Assembly (NCBI GenBank): GCA_000708835.1
Contig: DF236974.1
Location: forward strand, 301,208-365,207
DNA length: 64,000 nucleotides
Reading direction: 5' to 3'
Source: Klebsormidium nitens
Lineage: Eukaryota; Plantae; Klebsormidiophyceae
The notes beneath the pieces are model-generated. The model saw nothing but the letters and a program-made list of their open reading frames with translations, ran no database searches and was not told where the DNA came from. Below are positions 40,176 through 51,647 of this stretch, piece after piece. The translations under genes were made by a program, and so were the position numbers. Positions within the stretch are counted from its first letter, which is position 1. Every line of letters begins with the position of its first letter.

Positions 40176-43100
40176 GGGTGTCAAGACCCCATCACCTAAC
40201 CACTGTACAAAAGAGCAAGCTAAATTGTCAATTGTCCTCCCAAATGCACAAGGATTTCACTGCAATTGACTGATTCAAGAGCTTTTTACACTGTTTTTGT
40301 GGCCAGCAAGTACAGTATGATCAAAAACTTGCAATGATTGTGCCCTTTGGTCAGAACCTTCTGCGGCTATCTGACTTGTTAGCTTAAGCTTTAATTACAG
40401 TGGCTCACTTCAAATCCATTTGCCCATCGCAGGAGGACCCTTCCACATCAGGCGCCGAGTCTTCAGACAGCAAGGAGCGCTGCCATGCCAATGGTGCGGC
40501 AGTTTCTTCTCTCACGTCTCAGGCGACGAAGTTCCTCGCGGGCATTCAGAACGGGACGTGCTCGATCTATGAGCTGGGGGGCGGTTCGGAACGAAGAGAC
40601 GAGGGTTCCCCTCGCCTGGTCTTCCTCATGACCGTCTGGAACCACAACGATGGCAGGCCAAAGCCGCTTGGACGACCGAACAAAGCCAAAGCCTTGCTCG
40701 AAACGGTCCACTGGGACACCCTAGGGAAGGCCAGCTGCACCTGCGACCGCGGGCGCCTGGGTTCGGACACTCCATGCGTCCACAAGTTGGCGCTCGCGGC
40801 TTTGGGGTCGCGCCAGCAAGCCAGCCACGTTGCGCTCCAGAAGGGCAGGCGGGTGATCGAGGTTCTATGCAGCAGAGGGGCTGAGCGGGTCTTTGGCGTC
40901 TACTGGAATGCAGCTTCCCCTTCGCCCAAGCGGACGATGGTGCACAAGCATGAGGGCGCGCAAGAGGAGTGGTACTGCCAGGGCAAGCAGTCGGGTTGTA
41001 GCACGTCGGGAGATTGCGACCACATTTGCGCTGTCAAAGACGCTCTCCGTCCAGGCAGAAGCATCGAGCGAGTGAGCGGTTGCTTGTTCTCTGAGGATCG
41101 ACTGGCAAGGGCACGTGCCTGGCTGCTCGAAACGGACAGGAAGGAGGAGAGAAAAGGGGCGCCGGAGTCGAAAGAGGGAGGCTCGGCAGAAGTGTCGTCC
41201 GACCTGTCTTCGGTCAAACGGTACCTGATGGAACTTTGCGTGGGCCAGCCTCATAAGGCAGGCTGCAAAGGGGCCTCGTGCTTCTGCAAGCAGCACCAGC
41301 AGCTCTTCGGAGGGGCAGATTTCGAGCGGGGGACTTGCGAGAACGGGTGCTGCCAAGTCGCGACTGACGCGCGCGAGGCCGGGGGGAAGAGAGGAAGACA
41401 TGAGCCGGGAGGTCGTTGCTCAGAACGGGTGCCAAAGCGGTCGAAAACGTTCTGGGCAGCTCAGCCAGAGCGGGAAGGTGGGCAGTTGACGGGAACGGGG
41501 GCGCTGCAAGCTGAAAAGGAAGAGGTTGTGCCTGCGCACGCTGCGCCGCAGGCGTTGGGTGGAGGGGACGGAAGGGACGCAATGAACGGCGTAACCAGAG
41601 TGTGCGCAAGCTGCGTATGCCCGGCTTCGGCTTGCCCCCATGTTGCCGGGAGTCCGCTCTGGGCTCCGGTACTGCCTTTGGACGCGAAAGGTGTGCAGCT
41701 CGAGCTCCCAAAGCTGGTTCGGCCGACTGACAGCTTCGAGGTGCACGATCCGCTGGTGACGTTGCTGCGGCGGCCAGTGAGAGTGAGCGAGCTCGTGCAG
41801 AGGGACTTCGAGGAGCTGAGCGCCGCGGGGTGCTTGTCTGCACCTTGCCCAAAGCCCGGGCTGGCTCCCTGTGGCACCGTGTGGCAAGCGTTGCTGCAGA
41901 GTGCATGCGTGCATTCACTGCGCTGGTCGCAAGAGGTACGTGATGCAAACTTCTGCCAGATCAAAGTGAAAGGTATTCGTTCTTTTTTGCAGCTTTGAGA
42001 ATATGCAAGCGCGTTGAAAAGATGCGAATTCATTGTGACCGATCGGGGAGCTTTGAGAAAGTCTCAATCGAGGTCGGACATGGCCGTTCAGGGCTTGTGA
42101 AAATAGTCTCGATTCTGGTCGGACATCTTGGACGTGCCAGTTCCGAAGTTTGAAACACTTTGCACACTGCTGACGTCATCAAAGCTGGGCGCCCAGAAAG
42201 TCTGCCGAAAGCTGATGTCTAGGTTCTTCAATGACCTGAAGTGCCTTTTCATCGGTCTAGGTTTTCGGAATCATATGCGTATAAAGAGTTGGGAGAACCT
42301 AGACGAGGAGGTTGCTGACGTCATCAGAAGCAGGCGACCAGAAAGCCTTTCAAAAGCTTGGACAACTTGCTCGAAGTTCGAAAAACTTTGCACGACACTT
42401 TGACTCAAACGATACCAAACGTTTTTGCAAATTCATGGACTTCGATTTGTGTTTTTAAGCGCGTGCACATTCTTGTAGGTCAAGGTTCGGGTCTATTGCT
42501 GCGGATGCCCGTTGAAGCACACCGTCCACTTCAACGGAGAAGCGCTTGGCCTGTACGCGTGGAGCAGGGCCATCATCGTCACGCAAGAGTCCTGCCAGCT
42601 CCTGCTCCGTTCGATTCAAGGGACGGGATCAGCGTTCAGCGCTCTGATCGGCGCACAGAAGGCGGTCCGGGGGCTCTTCTCGCCGGGTGCCGCTCCTCTC
42701 CTCAGCGAGGAATCATGGAGAAAGGTCTGCTTGGCCTTCTTCCGGCTGTGTGGGCGAAGCATCCTCGAGTGCTGCAGCCTTTGCGGGCCTCACCCAGACG
42801 TTCTGCTCTGCGACGGTATCGCCGGGCTAGCGTGCGCGGATGGTAGCAGATCGAAAGGGGGGCTCGCAGGGACGGCGGCAAGCGAACTCCGGCCATTCAC
42901 AGCTCCGAGCCGGAACGGATTCGGAGAGACCGTCGTGAAGCACATGGAAGCCGGTGTGAACTTCAGCGCGACTGCGCTAGAGGGGCGGGGACTCAAGAGG
43001 CGCCTGATCCACCAGCCGGAGCTGCGGGCGATGTTGGCGCGCTACAGCCAGCATCATCCAAAGGACCCAGAACTGGGGTCGCAGCTGAGCGAGAGTGAAT

Positions 43101-43434
43101 TCCACGAGCTGCTGGTAGGTGGATTGAATCATGCTTGTGACCAGAAACCCTTCGTAAGGTCTGCTTAAATCGGTTGAAATCAAACGAGATTGATCGGACA
43201 TGTCTTGAAAAATGTTCAGACCTTCCAATTTCGGAATGAGCGTTGCGCACGCTATCAGATGCCATCCTGCCACATATAGGCGCAATGACTTGTTCCAATG
43301 CTTAGCTGAGGTTCTTCCAATGGGGCTTGAATGGTTGACGTCGACTTTACAGCGATTGAGCGTTGCGCACACTGCTAGATGCTAGTCTGCTCCGTATCAG
43401 AGGTCTGTCTTTGACCAAAATACCTTTTGATCCG

Positions 43435-43940
43435 TCTAGGTTTTTGGAATGATATGCGTATAAAGAGTTGGGAGAACCTAGACGGCTTTTGGAGTCTTTA
43501 GGAACGTGCCAGCAGGGCCCAGTTGCCACTGTCCGTCGGTTCTGCAAAGAACGCAACAAGGTCTTCGAGTGGGGCTTTGGAATCGGTCTAGCTTTTCGGA
43601 ATGATATGCGTATAAAGAGTTGGGAGAACCTAGACGGCTTTTGGAGTCTCTAGGAACGTGCCAGCAGGGCCCAGTTGCCACTGTCCGTCGGTTCTGCAAA
43701 GATCGCAACAAGGTCTTCAAGTGGGGCTTTGAGATCGGTCTAGGTTTTCGGAATGATATGCGTACAAAAAGTTGGGAGAACCTAGACGGCTTTTGCGAGT
43801 CTCTAGGGACGTGCCAGCAGGGCCCAGTTGCCACTGTCCGTCGGTTCTGCAAAGAGCGCAACAAGGTCTTCCAGTGGGGCTTTGGAATCGGTCTAGGTTT
43901 TTGGAATGATATCCGTATAAACAGTTGGGAGAACCTAGAC
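43435..43940. repeat. Intronic tandem repeat, ~152-bp unit x ~3.3
   Basis: Unit starts at 43435, 43587, 43739 and 43892; a partial copy lies in intron 1 at ~42255-42304. Confidence 0.9.
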
Positions 43941-45333
43941 GAGGGCGCTTGACGTCCGCTTCGTTAGAGGTTTTTGACTTCTTTACTTCTACCTAGGTTG
44001 CGCTGGATCGTGATGACGTGGAGCTCGTCTCGGAGTTTGTCGCCAACCCTGACGATGCGGATGCCGAGCCCGTCTTGCTTCACTGGAGAAGGCGCCTTTT
44101 GCAGGAGCAGATCGGGCAGATCCGATCGAAGAACCGAGCTGCACGGCTGCTATTGAAGGGGATCAGGGGGGAGACCCTTGCTGCGCCTGGCGCCAACCCC
44201 GGTCGAGTGCGTTCGCCACGAAAATGGTGGGCAGAACTGCTCTACGCTCTGGGGACCCCCCAGTCCGTCGCAGACGACAGTAACCTGATCCAGCATGGAG
44301 CGGCATTGGCTGTTGTCCGGAAGATACTCCTGGGAGGCTCAGCAGATGAGCGGGGAAAGGCCGTGCTGGCTGAGCATGCGCCCATGCTTCGTAGGTTGCT
44401 AGATAGCTACGACGGAGTGTTTCCGGCATTCTTTTTGCCCACGCTCCACCACTTGTACCGGCTGACGCTGTTTGGACGCGGGGCAGTTGGGCTGGGGGTT
44501 GGTCGAGCCGGGTGGGCGCTGTCTGCTATCGAGGGGTTGGATGCCTGCGTTTGGCTGCTGCAGTTGCGACGGGACGTCCCAGGGTCTTGGAACGAGGAGC
44601 GAGAGGAGAGCTACAACTTCTGGAGAGGGAGAGCGAATCGGCTGCTTCCCGGCGTTGAGGCTCTGCGCCCACCAAAACCCCCCGAGTATGCCCTTAACCA
44701 AGCCGAGCGCGAGCTGCTGCACGATCGGCTGGGGTTCTCCGGGGACGGACGGCTCCTCGAAGCGCTCCCCAACGACCACCCTTACTGCCGAGAGCAGAAC
44801 GTGCTCGGCTGCTATCCCCTCCCCGGTTGGGAGCAGAAACGGCCCATGCCTCAGTACAAGCCGTTTGAAGATGAGCTTGGTCGGGCAGTCGAGAGCAGCG
44901 AGGAGCACCGCTGTAAGAGCAGTCTCACGGTCGGGGAGTTTGATGCCAAGGTTGCGGCTGCCAAGAGTGAAAAGGCGGGCAAGCGGCTGCAGCGGCATAC
45001 AAAAGGGGGTTTCGTGTTCTGTTGCCCGCACAGGGTGATTTACAGCTTTCATGCCATGCTCGGGGGGAGTCTCCTCGTGATCCCTTTGCGGTGTTGTACA
45101 CCCGCCTCCATCGGCACAACCTCCCTTCCTTCCTGTTCTACGACAACGCCTGCAAGCTGCGCGCGTACAGTATGCGGCGTGAGCCTGGGTTTTTTGCAGA
45201 CATGCGAGCCCTCGTTGACCGGTGAGCGTATACACCGCAAACACGTCCATGCTTTGCGAACTGGTCGTTATTTTAGGACAAGATAATCAACATTTCCAGG
45301 TAGATTCGGTGTCATTCTGCCAGCTGCTGTCCG

Positions 45334-45520
45334 TGTCCAAGCTGTCCAAGCTTTTTGCCAGACTTTCTGTGAGCCCGATTGTGATGACGTCAGCAATCGT
45401 CCCTTGTCCAAGCTGTCCAAGCTTTTGCCAGACTTTCTGGGAGCCCGGTTGTGATGACGTCAGCAACCGTCCCTTGTCCAAGCTGTCCAAGCTTTTGCCA
45501 CACTTTTTGGGAGCCCCAAG
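45334..45520. repeat. Intronic tandem repeat, ~70-bp unit x ~2.6
   Basis: TGTCCAAGCTGTCCAAGCTTTT units start at 45334, 45405 and 45475. Confidence 0.9.
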
Positions 45521-45936
45521 CTGTCCAATATTGCGCGTACAGGTTCCACTTCCAGAAGACTGGCGCGGAAGCTCACAAGTGCGGCCCTCAGTATAACCCT
45601 GACTACTACGACGCTGTGCGCTGGGTTAACAGTTCAGCGGTGGAGAGCGTCAACTCCTTCTTGATCAAGTTCAAGGTGCTAGGTTGGTTTAGTGGTCTCC
45701 AGGCGTTCATGATCATCCTAGCTAACGTAGTGAGCGGGCGCAACGCAGAATTGACACGTGTTGATGACCAGAAGATTAAGATCGCCTGCAGGATTCATTT
45801 ATGGTCGCCGGCAGTTCGCGCAGCTCTCTTGTACAGGTGACAGACTATGTGTTGATGAATAGCTAATGAGCTTCCCGCAAGCGTGTGGGGAGCTATCGTT
45901 CATGAGGGGGTGAAGGAAAAGGAGTTAGGACACATA

Positions 45937-46044
45937 CTGGCACCTCTTTCATATACTTGATAATGATATATAAGAGCATGATTGCACTGCACACTCTCAA
46001 ATCTCTGGCACTACGGACACTTGGCACTTCTTTTCAAGTCATGG
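45937..46044 (-). repeat. Right imperfect inverted repeat of the KDZ element
   Basis: Reverse complement aligns to 40066-40175. Confidence 0.7.
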
Positions 46045-46115
46045 TGCATCTAGTGATTCGTCAGGAGACCTTCAAGTATCTTCTTTTCATAGGGTAGACA
46101 GTAAAGCACGTTGCT

Positions 46116-46403
46116 ATGGCTGAGTCAATCTTAGACACGAGAGAACCTGCTTCCAACCATCACCGGCGGTTGTATGAAGCAAGCTATCGGCACTCGAATC
46201 TGAATAAATATAGAGATTGGTCTCGTAAGCACTATAGCAAAGCTAAAGTGGAGATATGTTTACGAAAAGCTTATATTCGATATTCCGAAGGCAAGAGGCT
46301 TCGACCTTCCACCATGGCAAAGCTTGTAGTTGCCAAGTATCTGCAAGAAGGCAACTTGCATTCGAGGCCAATGAACGAGATCTGTCAGTGGACTTGTCAA
46401 TGA
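46116..46403 (+). CDS. Small basic orphan protein (paralog of the C-terminus of 51648-52100)
   Basis: ATG-initiated 95-aa ORF with YRDWSRKHYSKAKVEICLRKAYIRYSEGKRLRPSTMAKL. Confidence 0.5.
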   Translation: MAESILDTREPASNHHRRLYEASYRHSNLNKYRDWSRKHYSKAKVEICLRKAYIRYSEGKRLRPSTMAKLVVAKYLQEGNLHSRPMNEICQWTCQ

Positions 46404-46557
46404 TGTGCTTCTCCATTGCATGTTCCATCGAACCGGCCGTTGCTTTTCACGCGTTTGCATGGAGGGCGATTTCTGTCAAGATCAAGATTTCAACGCGTCC
46501 GGATTCTGAGAATTATTTTCCTTAGTACTCATCATAGGGGCCCTGCCCAGCCCTAGA

Positions 46558-49012
46558 ATGCATTCGGACCTCAATGAAAGCATCTCATCGTACCGGAGCC
46601 TTGATCTCCTGCCGGTTACGTTCAAGCTTACATGGAACAAACTGGATAAGAAGAAAGACGCAAGTACCTTTAGATGCTCATACTCAAGCATCGTGGATGA
46701 GATTTCTTGGGGGTTGCACGAAGACACAATTCGCAACTGTTCCGACAAGAATGCCCTTGCCCTTCTATGCGGACGATCGGGCCCAAACAGCATTATTATG
46801 ATTGATATCGACTTGCCCAAAATGAATGAAAGCAAAACCTTTGCTAATGGTCTTGATGTCTGGAAACGCTTGACAAAAGCGCACGGCGAACCTCTCACCT
46901 GGACAGCCGAAACACAGAGTGGCGGCTTGCACTACTACTTTGAGCGGATTCCCCCGGGCTTGAACGGAAGGCAGACGCAACCAAGCTATACATCAACTCC
47001 AGCCAAACGACTATTGATTTTCGAGGCAATGGCATATGCTTCGCACCCCCCACTACCATCATTCGTGACGGTGAAGAGCGTTCATACGAATGGCTAAAGT
47101 CTCCTTGGAAAACGAAGCTTGCCTGCCTTCCGTTGTGGCTCGTAGATATCTTGAACGCTCAAGACTCCACAAAGCAAGCTGCCCAGGGATCGACAAAACA
47201 CCCCAGCAATAATACATCAAGTGTGAGTAAAGCAGAGGCAAAACATACAATTACCACAGAACTCTCGTCTCAGCAAGCAACCTCTTCCATCGAGGCCGAA
47301 AAGGCAATCCAAGTTGCAACGCAGCTACTGCGAAGTAGATGCAACGATGAAACAAGTTTCTACAGACTCGGCATCAAGCTTCGAGATGGGGAAGCCATCT
47401 TAAAGTTCAGAGTGAAGGAGAGCAGAATCTGTCCTTATGGAGAGGAACACACGAGCAACAGTTTCAGCATCATCTGCAACGGGATCTGCATGGAATACCG
47501 TTGTTTGTCATCAGCATGCAAAGAGCGACCAAGAGTGCTTCTCGGGGTGCACCATTGGCCTTCGCTTTTGATTTCCAAAGCACGTTTTGATCTGCGCCCT
47601 ATCGAGGAAGCGGAGAGAATCATATCAAGCAGCAAAAGCAGTGTCGACAAAGTGCAGTATCAAAGCATGTGCCAACAACTCACACAGACTGCTATCGACA
47701 CGATGAATCACTACTTCTGCGTTCTAGACGGCAGCTCAAAAGTGCTCTTTATCGAGACCATCTTCGTTGAAAGAGGTACTACTTGGGTGTCAAATGACAG
47801 CATCATTCGAACAAGAGCTGAGTTCTTGGAACGGGTCGAATCATTTAACCTGGACAATCTTAAGATTGGCAACCTTGGAAAGGTGTGGTGCAAGTCATCA
47901 ACGAGAAGGACGCTCAACAAGGTAGTCTTCGAAGCAAACTCTCGTCTGGTTTCGCCTAACAATTACAATCTGTTCTACGGCTTTCCCTTCGCTTACGAAG
48001 CGGATCAGCCTGTTGACATGAAACAAATCGATCTTCTCTTGAAGCATATCAACGAGGTATTGGCAGACAATGATCCTGCTGTAGCGGACTACCTTCTAAA
48101 CTGGTTAGCTCACCTTGTTCAGAGACTGTATAAGAAAATTGGTACTGCACTTGTGTTCAGATCTGACCAGGGCGCAGGCAAATCGATCGTGACAGATTTT
48201 GTGGGGAAACATGTCATCGGATCTCGATACTATCTGTGGAGAAGGTGATAGGCAAATTCAACGGAATAGCTGCAAATCTCCTTTTGGTTTGCTTCGATGA
48301 AGTAAGCAGTTGGGGTGGGGCCTACAAAAGTAATAACAGGTTGAAAAGCCTCATCACTCAAGATACAACAATCCTAGAGAAGAAGGGGATCGATCCCCTT
48401 CAGGTACCCGATCTTGCTAACTACTGGTTTAACACTAACGAAGACTGGCCGATCAAAAAAGAGGCAACCGACCGGCGCTACGCATGCTTTGAGGCCTCCG
48501 ACTCTAGAATCGGAGATCAACCCTACTTTGATCGGCTTTGTGAAAGCCTCACTAGCACTACAGCTGAACACTTCTACCGGTACTTGATGTCAAGAGAAGG
48601 CATCGACACTTGGAACCTCAAGCAGATCCCAAAAAGCAAGTGGAGCTCTGCTCTCAGGGAGCACTCGATTCCATTCTGGGCAAAGATGATATGCGGGTTG
48701 CTGGACAACGGCAACTTTTCATCAGATTCGAAGACGAAGGTGCTAAGCGCCACCATCTTCCAAACTTATAGATCCTTCGTAGACAATCAAGGTGCAAAAG
48801 AAGATCCGCCGCGACAGAAAGACGTTCTGATTGGTCGGATCAAACGAACACTTGGACTGGATGGTTACAAAGATGTCAGTGGTCGCGGTTTGATCTTTCC
48901 AACAAGGAGTGAGCTGGAGAAACGGCTGCAAGAAATCCGCATGCGAGTCGACGAAGTTCATTGGGACGGATCATGGCCTTCTGACCCAACTTTAGTGATC
49001 TCATCGGCTTAA
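46558..49012 (+). pseudogene. Primase-helicase A: Prim-Pol (bifunctional primase/polymerase N-terminal) + Cys/His module + DUF5906/NrS-1-like SF3 helicase; intronless, two frameshifts (~46944-46980 and ~48236)
   Basis: MIDID...TAETQSGGLHYYF, then shifted frame IDFRGNGICFAPPT...YEW...LPLWLVDIL; CPYGEEHTSNSF...YRCLSSAC; Walker A SDQGAGKS; Walker B CFDEV; motif C FNTNEDWP...DRRY. Confidence 0.85.
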
Positions 49013-49039
49013 TGTTCTACAACTCTGACTCAATACCTA

Positions 49040-50104
49040 TCATTTCCTTTCATAGGTAACCATTGCTGTCCCCCAGTCGTGCAACATGCGATTTGCTAAC
49101 TGCTTCCTTTCAGCGATTGGGTGATCATTCACGAAATGTTCACTGATGTAAAGGTGCCTAAGATGGTTTTGGTTCAAGTGTTTGCCTGTAGGGAACGTTA
49201 TCGATGCCATAAATTTTGTAAGGTAATTATCTGACATGGCTTCTGTTGTATTTCCCAACCGAGAGAGACAAAAACCTCGAGGAACGAGCTCGATGGATCT
49301 TTTGATGTAGTTGCTGAGTCTCTGGCTGAGCTCAAATTCGCCTGTTCCGTAGCGCCTACATGTCTTATAGGTCTTGAGTACAAGCACAAATTCACCACTT
49401 GTGCTTTCACGAAGGCAGTTCCCGGTCTCCTTATATGTTTCTTTGGCTTCGTCGCAGTAGAAACTACCGTCAGCTTTCTGAAGAGGGAGACCGCTGAGAT
49501 CCCTTCTCTTAGGTGGCTCTAGGATATTGAACGCAAGCAGTAGGTGCTGAAACACTACTTTCACGTCGTCTCGGCTGAGATTTGCATCGTTTTGTTTCGA
49601 GTTTGGCATAATCTTTCTCCGGATGTGTCTGTTGAGCTCTTTCGCTTTGCTTTTGAGCTCGTCCATAGAGATCCAGTTTGCAGCTTCTTTCTCCGTTGCC
49701 TTCTGTTCACTGGCCTTCTTCTCTAAAGCCACCTTCTTCTCGGTGAAGGCTTTGAAATAAGTCTTGTATGTAGCGTCCCATTTCTTCTCGTGAGCCACGA
49801 CCATCAGAGGTGTCAACTTATTCTTGTAGGTGCCAGGGTTGGGGTACTTTGCGTTAAGTTTTTCGAGTATAGAAGCAGTATCTTTAATCCAATCCAATGT
49901 GGAAGGCAAAACGTTGCCTCCTATCACAAGGTGATAGATTAGTCGTACACTATTCAGGTATTGGCAGATCGTAATTTCAGCCCGCTTTCCATCCTGAAAC
50001 AGGTTGCGTAAAGCTGCCTCACCTGATGATATCGTTCGCTGTACATCCCCTTGATTGTTGGAAGTCGATTCCGTGCTCGATTGAACGGATGCTTTTGAGT
50101 CCAT
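49040..50104 (-). CDS. Tyrosine recombinase/integrase of virophage/Polinton-like-virus type, intact ORF
   Basis: Catalytic set in expected order: PPKRRD (R), TYKTCRRYG (K), NHLRHLYIS (HxxR-like), ERKQLANRMLH (H), AMVTYERK (Y). Confidence 0.85.
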   Translation of the reverse strand: MDSKASVQSSTESTSNNQGDVQRTISSGEAALRNLFQDGKRAEITICQYLNSVRLIYHLVIGGNVLPSTLDWIKDTASILEKLNAKYPNPGTYKNKLTPLMVVAHEKKWDATYKTYFKAFTEKKVALEKKASEQKATEKEAANWISMDELKSKAKELNRHIRRKIMPNSKQNDANLSRDDVKVVFQHLLLAFNILEPPKRRDLSGLPLQKADGSFYCDEAKETYKETGNCLRESTSGEFVLVLKTYKTCRRYGTGEFELSQRLSNYIKRSIELVPRGFCLSRLGNTTEAMSDNYLTKFMASITFPTGKHLNQNHLRHLYISEHFVNDHPIAERKQLANRMLHDWGTAMVTYERK

Positions 50105-50623
50105 CACTACCTTATACTACAGAGACCCATTTTAATTCTGAGATTAAAACGAGGCGCATTCTTGAGATGCGTCCCCTAGGGAATCGTATTCTGGAATTTT
50201 CTGCTGCCCAGAGCAAACAGCTTGGAATTGGTCTATCGACCACTGCCTCATATGACCTTACCACCTGAGGTGGCCTTCATTCCAGAATTAAAACTCTGGA
50301 GCCGCAAATTTTCCCAACATGCGGTCAAAATGGCAAAAGCTCCCAGCAAAAGTTTGCTCCCGGGGTCCCAAATTTGGTGTTAATTCGTACGAAATAGGAA
50401 TTTGCCTTCTAGAATAGTGACTGGCACAGTTCAACTTTTCAAAGTGCTTCATGTAGACAAGAACATGCCTATATAGGGGCAACTTCTGATAATCATTTGT
50501 CAACAATCCTGCCGAGTCAACGAGACAACCAAAGTGCTTCAGGGGGGCAACCTCTTAAGTAGGCAGCATGATGCATTTTCGTACCTCCTTTATTATCTCA
50601 CGTTACATCATACAGCTGCCTAA

Positions 50624-51217
50624 ATGGAGATTGCCTTCTCAAAAAGAAGCTTCAAGGTGCTACTCGCGCTTGACCATACCAAATCGGATGCTTCGAGCCT
50701 TTTCGAAGACACTCGTCTCGAAATTGATGCTGAAAAGGGGCGTGTTTCGCAAGCAGGCACACGCGCGGGTAGCCAGCTATTCAGGGCACTCAAGTGTACT
50801 AACGGTACAGCCATCAAAGCCCTCTGCAACGGTGTCTATGTCCTATTACAGGAAACGACTAGAGGTTCGGCTAAAAAGGAATTTGGATACGAAGTCATGA
50901 TCTCTCGAGTCAAAAAGTGTGAACGACCTGTTGGCCTTCCTTTCGAGGGAACCTTCTCAACGGCAGCAAATAAGATACCGGTCGATGAGCTTGTTGAGAT
51001 GCACGCTTCCGCATCGAAGGCAAAGAAGAAACAAGAGAGCACGAACAAATGCAAAGCCTCGAGCAAGGCTGCAAAGCAGACTTTCAAGAGGAAGTCAACT
51101 GATAAAGGTAAGGTGAAACGATCAGCTACTACATGCACCTTAAAAGCCACTGGAAAAGCTCGGGGCAGCAAGGCAACAACGTTCAGGTGTGTTGCAGTCG
51201 ATAGCGATGAAGATTGA
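50624..51217 (+). CDS. Intronless orphan protein with Lys-rich C-terminal tail
   Basis: ATG-initiated 197-aa ORF inside the virus-like block. Confidence 0.5.
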   Translation: MEIAFSKRSFKVLLALDHTKSDASSLFEDTRLEIDAEKGRVSQAGTRAGSQLFRALKCTNGTAIKALCNGVYVLLQETTRGSAKKEFGYEVMISRVKKCERPVGLPFEGTFSTAANKIPVDELVEMHASASKAKKKQESTNKCKASSKAAKQTFKRKSTDKGKVKRSATTCTLKATGKARGSKATTFRCVAVDSDED

Positions 51218-51273
51218 GAGACAGAAGCCTAACAGTATAGACCTATTTTTCTTTTCATAAACAAAAATATAAA

Positions 51274-51624
51274 ATGGAGCGGGGCTTTACGTACTATGTG
51301 CCGAAGCAGTTAAATCCCCGTTTGTACAGCTTGCTGCCGTTGATCGATGAGATAGAGAGCTTTGGACCCGTTTGCTATGAAGGCCTCGTGGATGAAGGCC
51401 TCAGACTTCCAGTCGACATGAGTTTGCTACGGAAGGGCGTTTTACTTTTTGTGTACCAACTCTGTAATGACGACCTCGTTGACTCATGGGACGATGTATT
51501 CAGCATAATGACAGCAGGTTTAACATATCATGAACCGGGCTCGTATTCCGAGGAGGAGGCAGCGCTTCTACTGTCAATGGCAAAGAGGATTCTCAAGATA
51601 TGCAAAGAAGCGGAAGACATCTGA
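51274..51624 (+). CDS. Intronless acidic orphan protein
   Basis: ATG in AAAATG context; 116 aa; 56 bp after the previous ORF. Confidence 0.5.
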   Translation: MERGFTYYVPKQLNPRLYSLLPLIDEIESFGPVCYEGLVDEGLRLPVDMSLLRKGVLLFVYQLCNDDLVDSWDDVFSIMTAGLTYHEPGSYSEEEAALLLSMAKRILKICKEAEDI

Positions 51625-51647
51625 GTTGGCCGTTGAGATGTGCGTTA

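Larger units (their letters stand above)
40400..45840 (+). pseudogene. KDZ transposase (SWIM finger + CxC cluster + HMGXB3-like catalytic domain); exons ~40400-41935, 42479-43114, 43997-45221, 45543-45840; 1-nt frameshift near 45061
   Basis: SWIM CTC-x9-CVH; CSLCGPHPDVLLCDG; GGFVFCCPHRVIYSFHAML/(R)GESPRD; YDNACKL; VDR|FH; NSSAVESVNSFL; all three introns are GT-AG and phase-consistent. Confidence 0.8.
40066..46044 (+). mobile_element. KDZ (Kyakuja-Dileera-Zisupton)-type DNA transposon, putative extent
   Basis: Transposase gene flanked by imperfect inverted repeats at 40066-40175 and 45937-46044; no TSD seen. Confidence 0.65.

Noticed and set aside
43435-43940. Regularly spaced repeats with palindromic ends, superficially CRISPR-like
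   Set aside because: The intervening sequences are also near-identical, the period is 152 bp, the array is inside a spliceosomal intron and there are no cas genes
41214-45250. Long minus-strand ORFs (41214..41948, 41420..41914, 41461..42033, 44399..45250)
   Set aside because: Antisense shadows of the GC-rich transposase exons with no motifs of their own
40050-46060. Target-site duplication for the KDZ element
   Set aside because: Flanks (GAAAATT / TGCATCT) show no direct repeat, so the exact termini remain unproven
46944-48248. Programmed frameshifting in primase-helicase A
   Set aside because: No canonical slippery heptamer at either shift; mutational decay or assembly error is simpler
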